DNA of 57,759 nt, filler included, from Diploschistes diacapsis (lineage: Eukaryota), in NCBI GenBank assembly GCA_023645945.1. It is 4 parts of 4 records of this genome, joined end to end, with 100 filler letters (N's around TTAATTAATTAA, not from the genome) between each part and the next. Parts side by side here need not be neighbours in the genome. Positions count along the whole stretch, not along the records: positions 49,216 to 57,759 come from JALAIB010001135.1; 3 more parts are not named here. One strand, 5' to 3'. Below the pieces are notes generated by a model. That model was not told where the DNA came from. It searched no databases and was given only the letters and a program-made list of their open reading frames with translations. Below are positions 56,894 through 57,759 of the stretch, one piece after another (the first letter of the stretch is position 1; each line of letters starts with the position of its first letter). A program made the position numbers and the translations under genes.

Positions 56894-57759
56894 TAGGCTG
56901 GCCGTTACTGACATTGATACTGCCGGTGTCAGTGTCACGGACACCGCAGTGTCAGTGTCAATGTTTTAGATTTTTAGCTGCAATGTCCGTGCCCGTGCTT
57001 TCATTACAATGCAGTGTCCGTGTTAGTGTCCGTGCCGAGAAATTTTTTACTACAATGTCCGTGTCCGTGCTTTTATTATAATATAATATCCGTGTTAATG
57101 TCCGTGCCGAGAAATTTTTTACTACAAGATCCGTGTCCGTGCTTTTATTATAATATAATATCCGTATTAATATCCGTGTCGAGAATATTTTTATTACAAT
57201 ATCCGTATTAGTGCTTTTATTATAATATAATATTCGTATCAGTTTCCGTACCGAAAAATATTTAACTACGATATCCGTATCCGTATTTTTATTATAATAT
57301 AGTATCCGTGTTAGTGTCCGTGTCGAGAAAATTTTAATTACGATATCCGTGTTCGTGTTTTTATTATAATATAGTATCCGTATTAGTATTCGTGCCAAAA
57401 AATTTTTAGCTACGGTATTCGTATTCGTGCTTTTATTATAATATAATATCCGTATTAATATCCGTGTCGAGAATATTTTAATTACGGTATCCGTGTCCGT
57501 GCTTTTATTATAGTATAGTATTCGTGTTAATATCCGTGTTAAAAATATTTAGCTACGGTGTCCGTGTTCGTGAATATATTACGATATAGTGTCCGTGATT
57601 TCGTATTTATAAAAAAATGGCCGAAAATATAGCGATAAATATAATAAAATATAATATTAATGTCGATATATTATAACTTATAAATATATTTAATGAATTT
57701 ACGAATATCATCTATAACGGGTTTTTATAAATAAAAAAATCATGTTAAAAGATATACGT
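56894..57759. mobile_element. End of a RIP-mutated repetitive element with a subterminal array of 8-9 x 72-bp units (putative DNA transposon, hAT-like)
   Basis: Begins TAGGCTGGCCG where the MITE is interrupted. Units recur at 57029, 57101, 57173 and onward to 57533, each with several TCCGTG hexamers. CA>TA and TG>TA changes separate the units, and the tail is extremely AT/TpA-rich. Confidence 0.7.

Noticed and set aside
56958..57398. 146-aa ORF with 24-aa repeats (RILIRILYYNK...)
   Set aside because: It is a translation by-product of the RIP-mutated 72-bp array, not a gene.
56960..57600. CRISPR-like regular repeats
   Set aside because: The DNA is eukaryotic, the units are contiguous without unique spacers, and there are no cas genes.
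1..57759. tRNA, rRNA, snRNA or telomerase RNA genes
   Set aside because: I saw no cloverleaf/T-loop, snRNA or telomere-template motif in a plausible context by eye. tRNAscan-SE and Infernal runs are needed to exclude them.

Overview
Intron-containing genomic DNA from a filamentous ascomycete (Pezizomycotina), with GT-AG introns and CTRAC/CTRAY branch points. The window joins four contigs (1-31824, 31925-40470, 40571-49115, 49216-57759) through 100-nt artificial spacers (N44-TTAATTAATTAA-N44). About 21 protein-coding genes were reconstructed by hand. Contig 1 holds a WW-PhoD protein, MPC1, SmB, two small proteins, a BTB protein, Ral2/Mds3, PRX1, a conserved disordered protein, ATG10, U2B''/Msl1, ARC40 and an F-box-like protein. 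Contig 2 holds a short unspecific peroxygenase, a GT71 mannosyltransferase, a JlbA/IDI-4-like bZIP factor and a decayed MFS pseudogene. Contig 3 holds an Rdx-family protein, G-protein gamma and eIF3a. Contig 4 holds a DUF2439 protein, ApsA/Num1 and a transposon nest: a 208-bp Fot1/pogo-type MITE, an inverted truncated copy, and a RIP-mutated 72-bp repeat array. The most interesting signal is the bZIP gene. It has 101 AUG-free in-frame codons upstream of its first AUG, a CUG in good context, an overlapping uORF ending CCC-GGT-TGA-C just before the +1 main frame, and an ATGACTCAT site in its promoter. This suggests non-canonical translational control, or a single homopolymer sequencing error. 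All family calls come from recognising motifs by eye; no database search was run.
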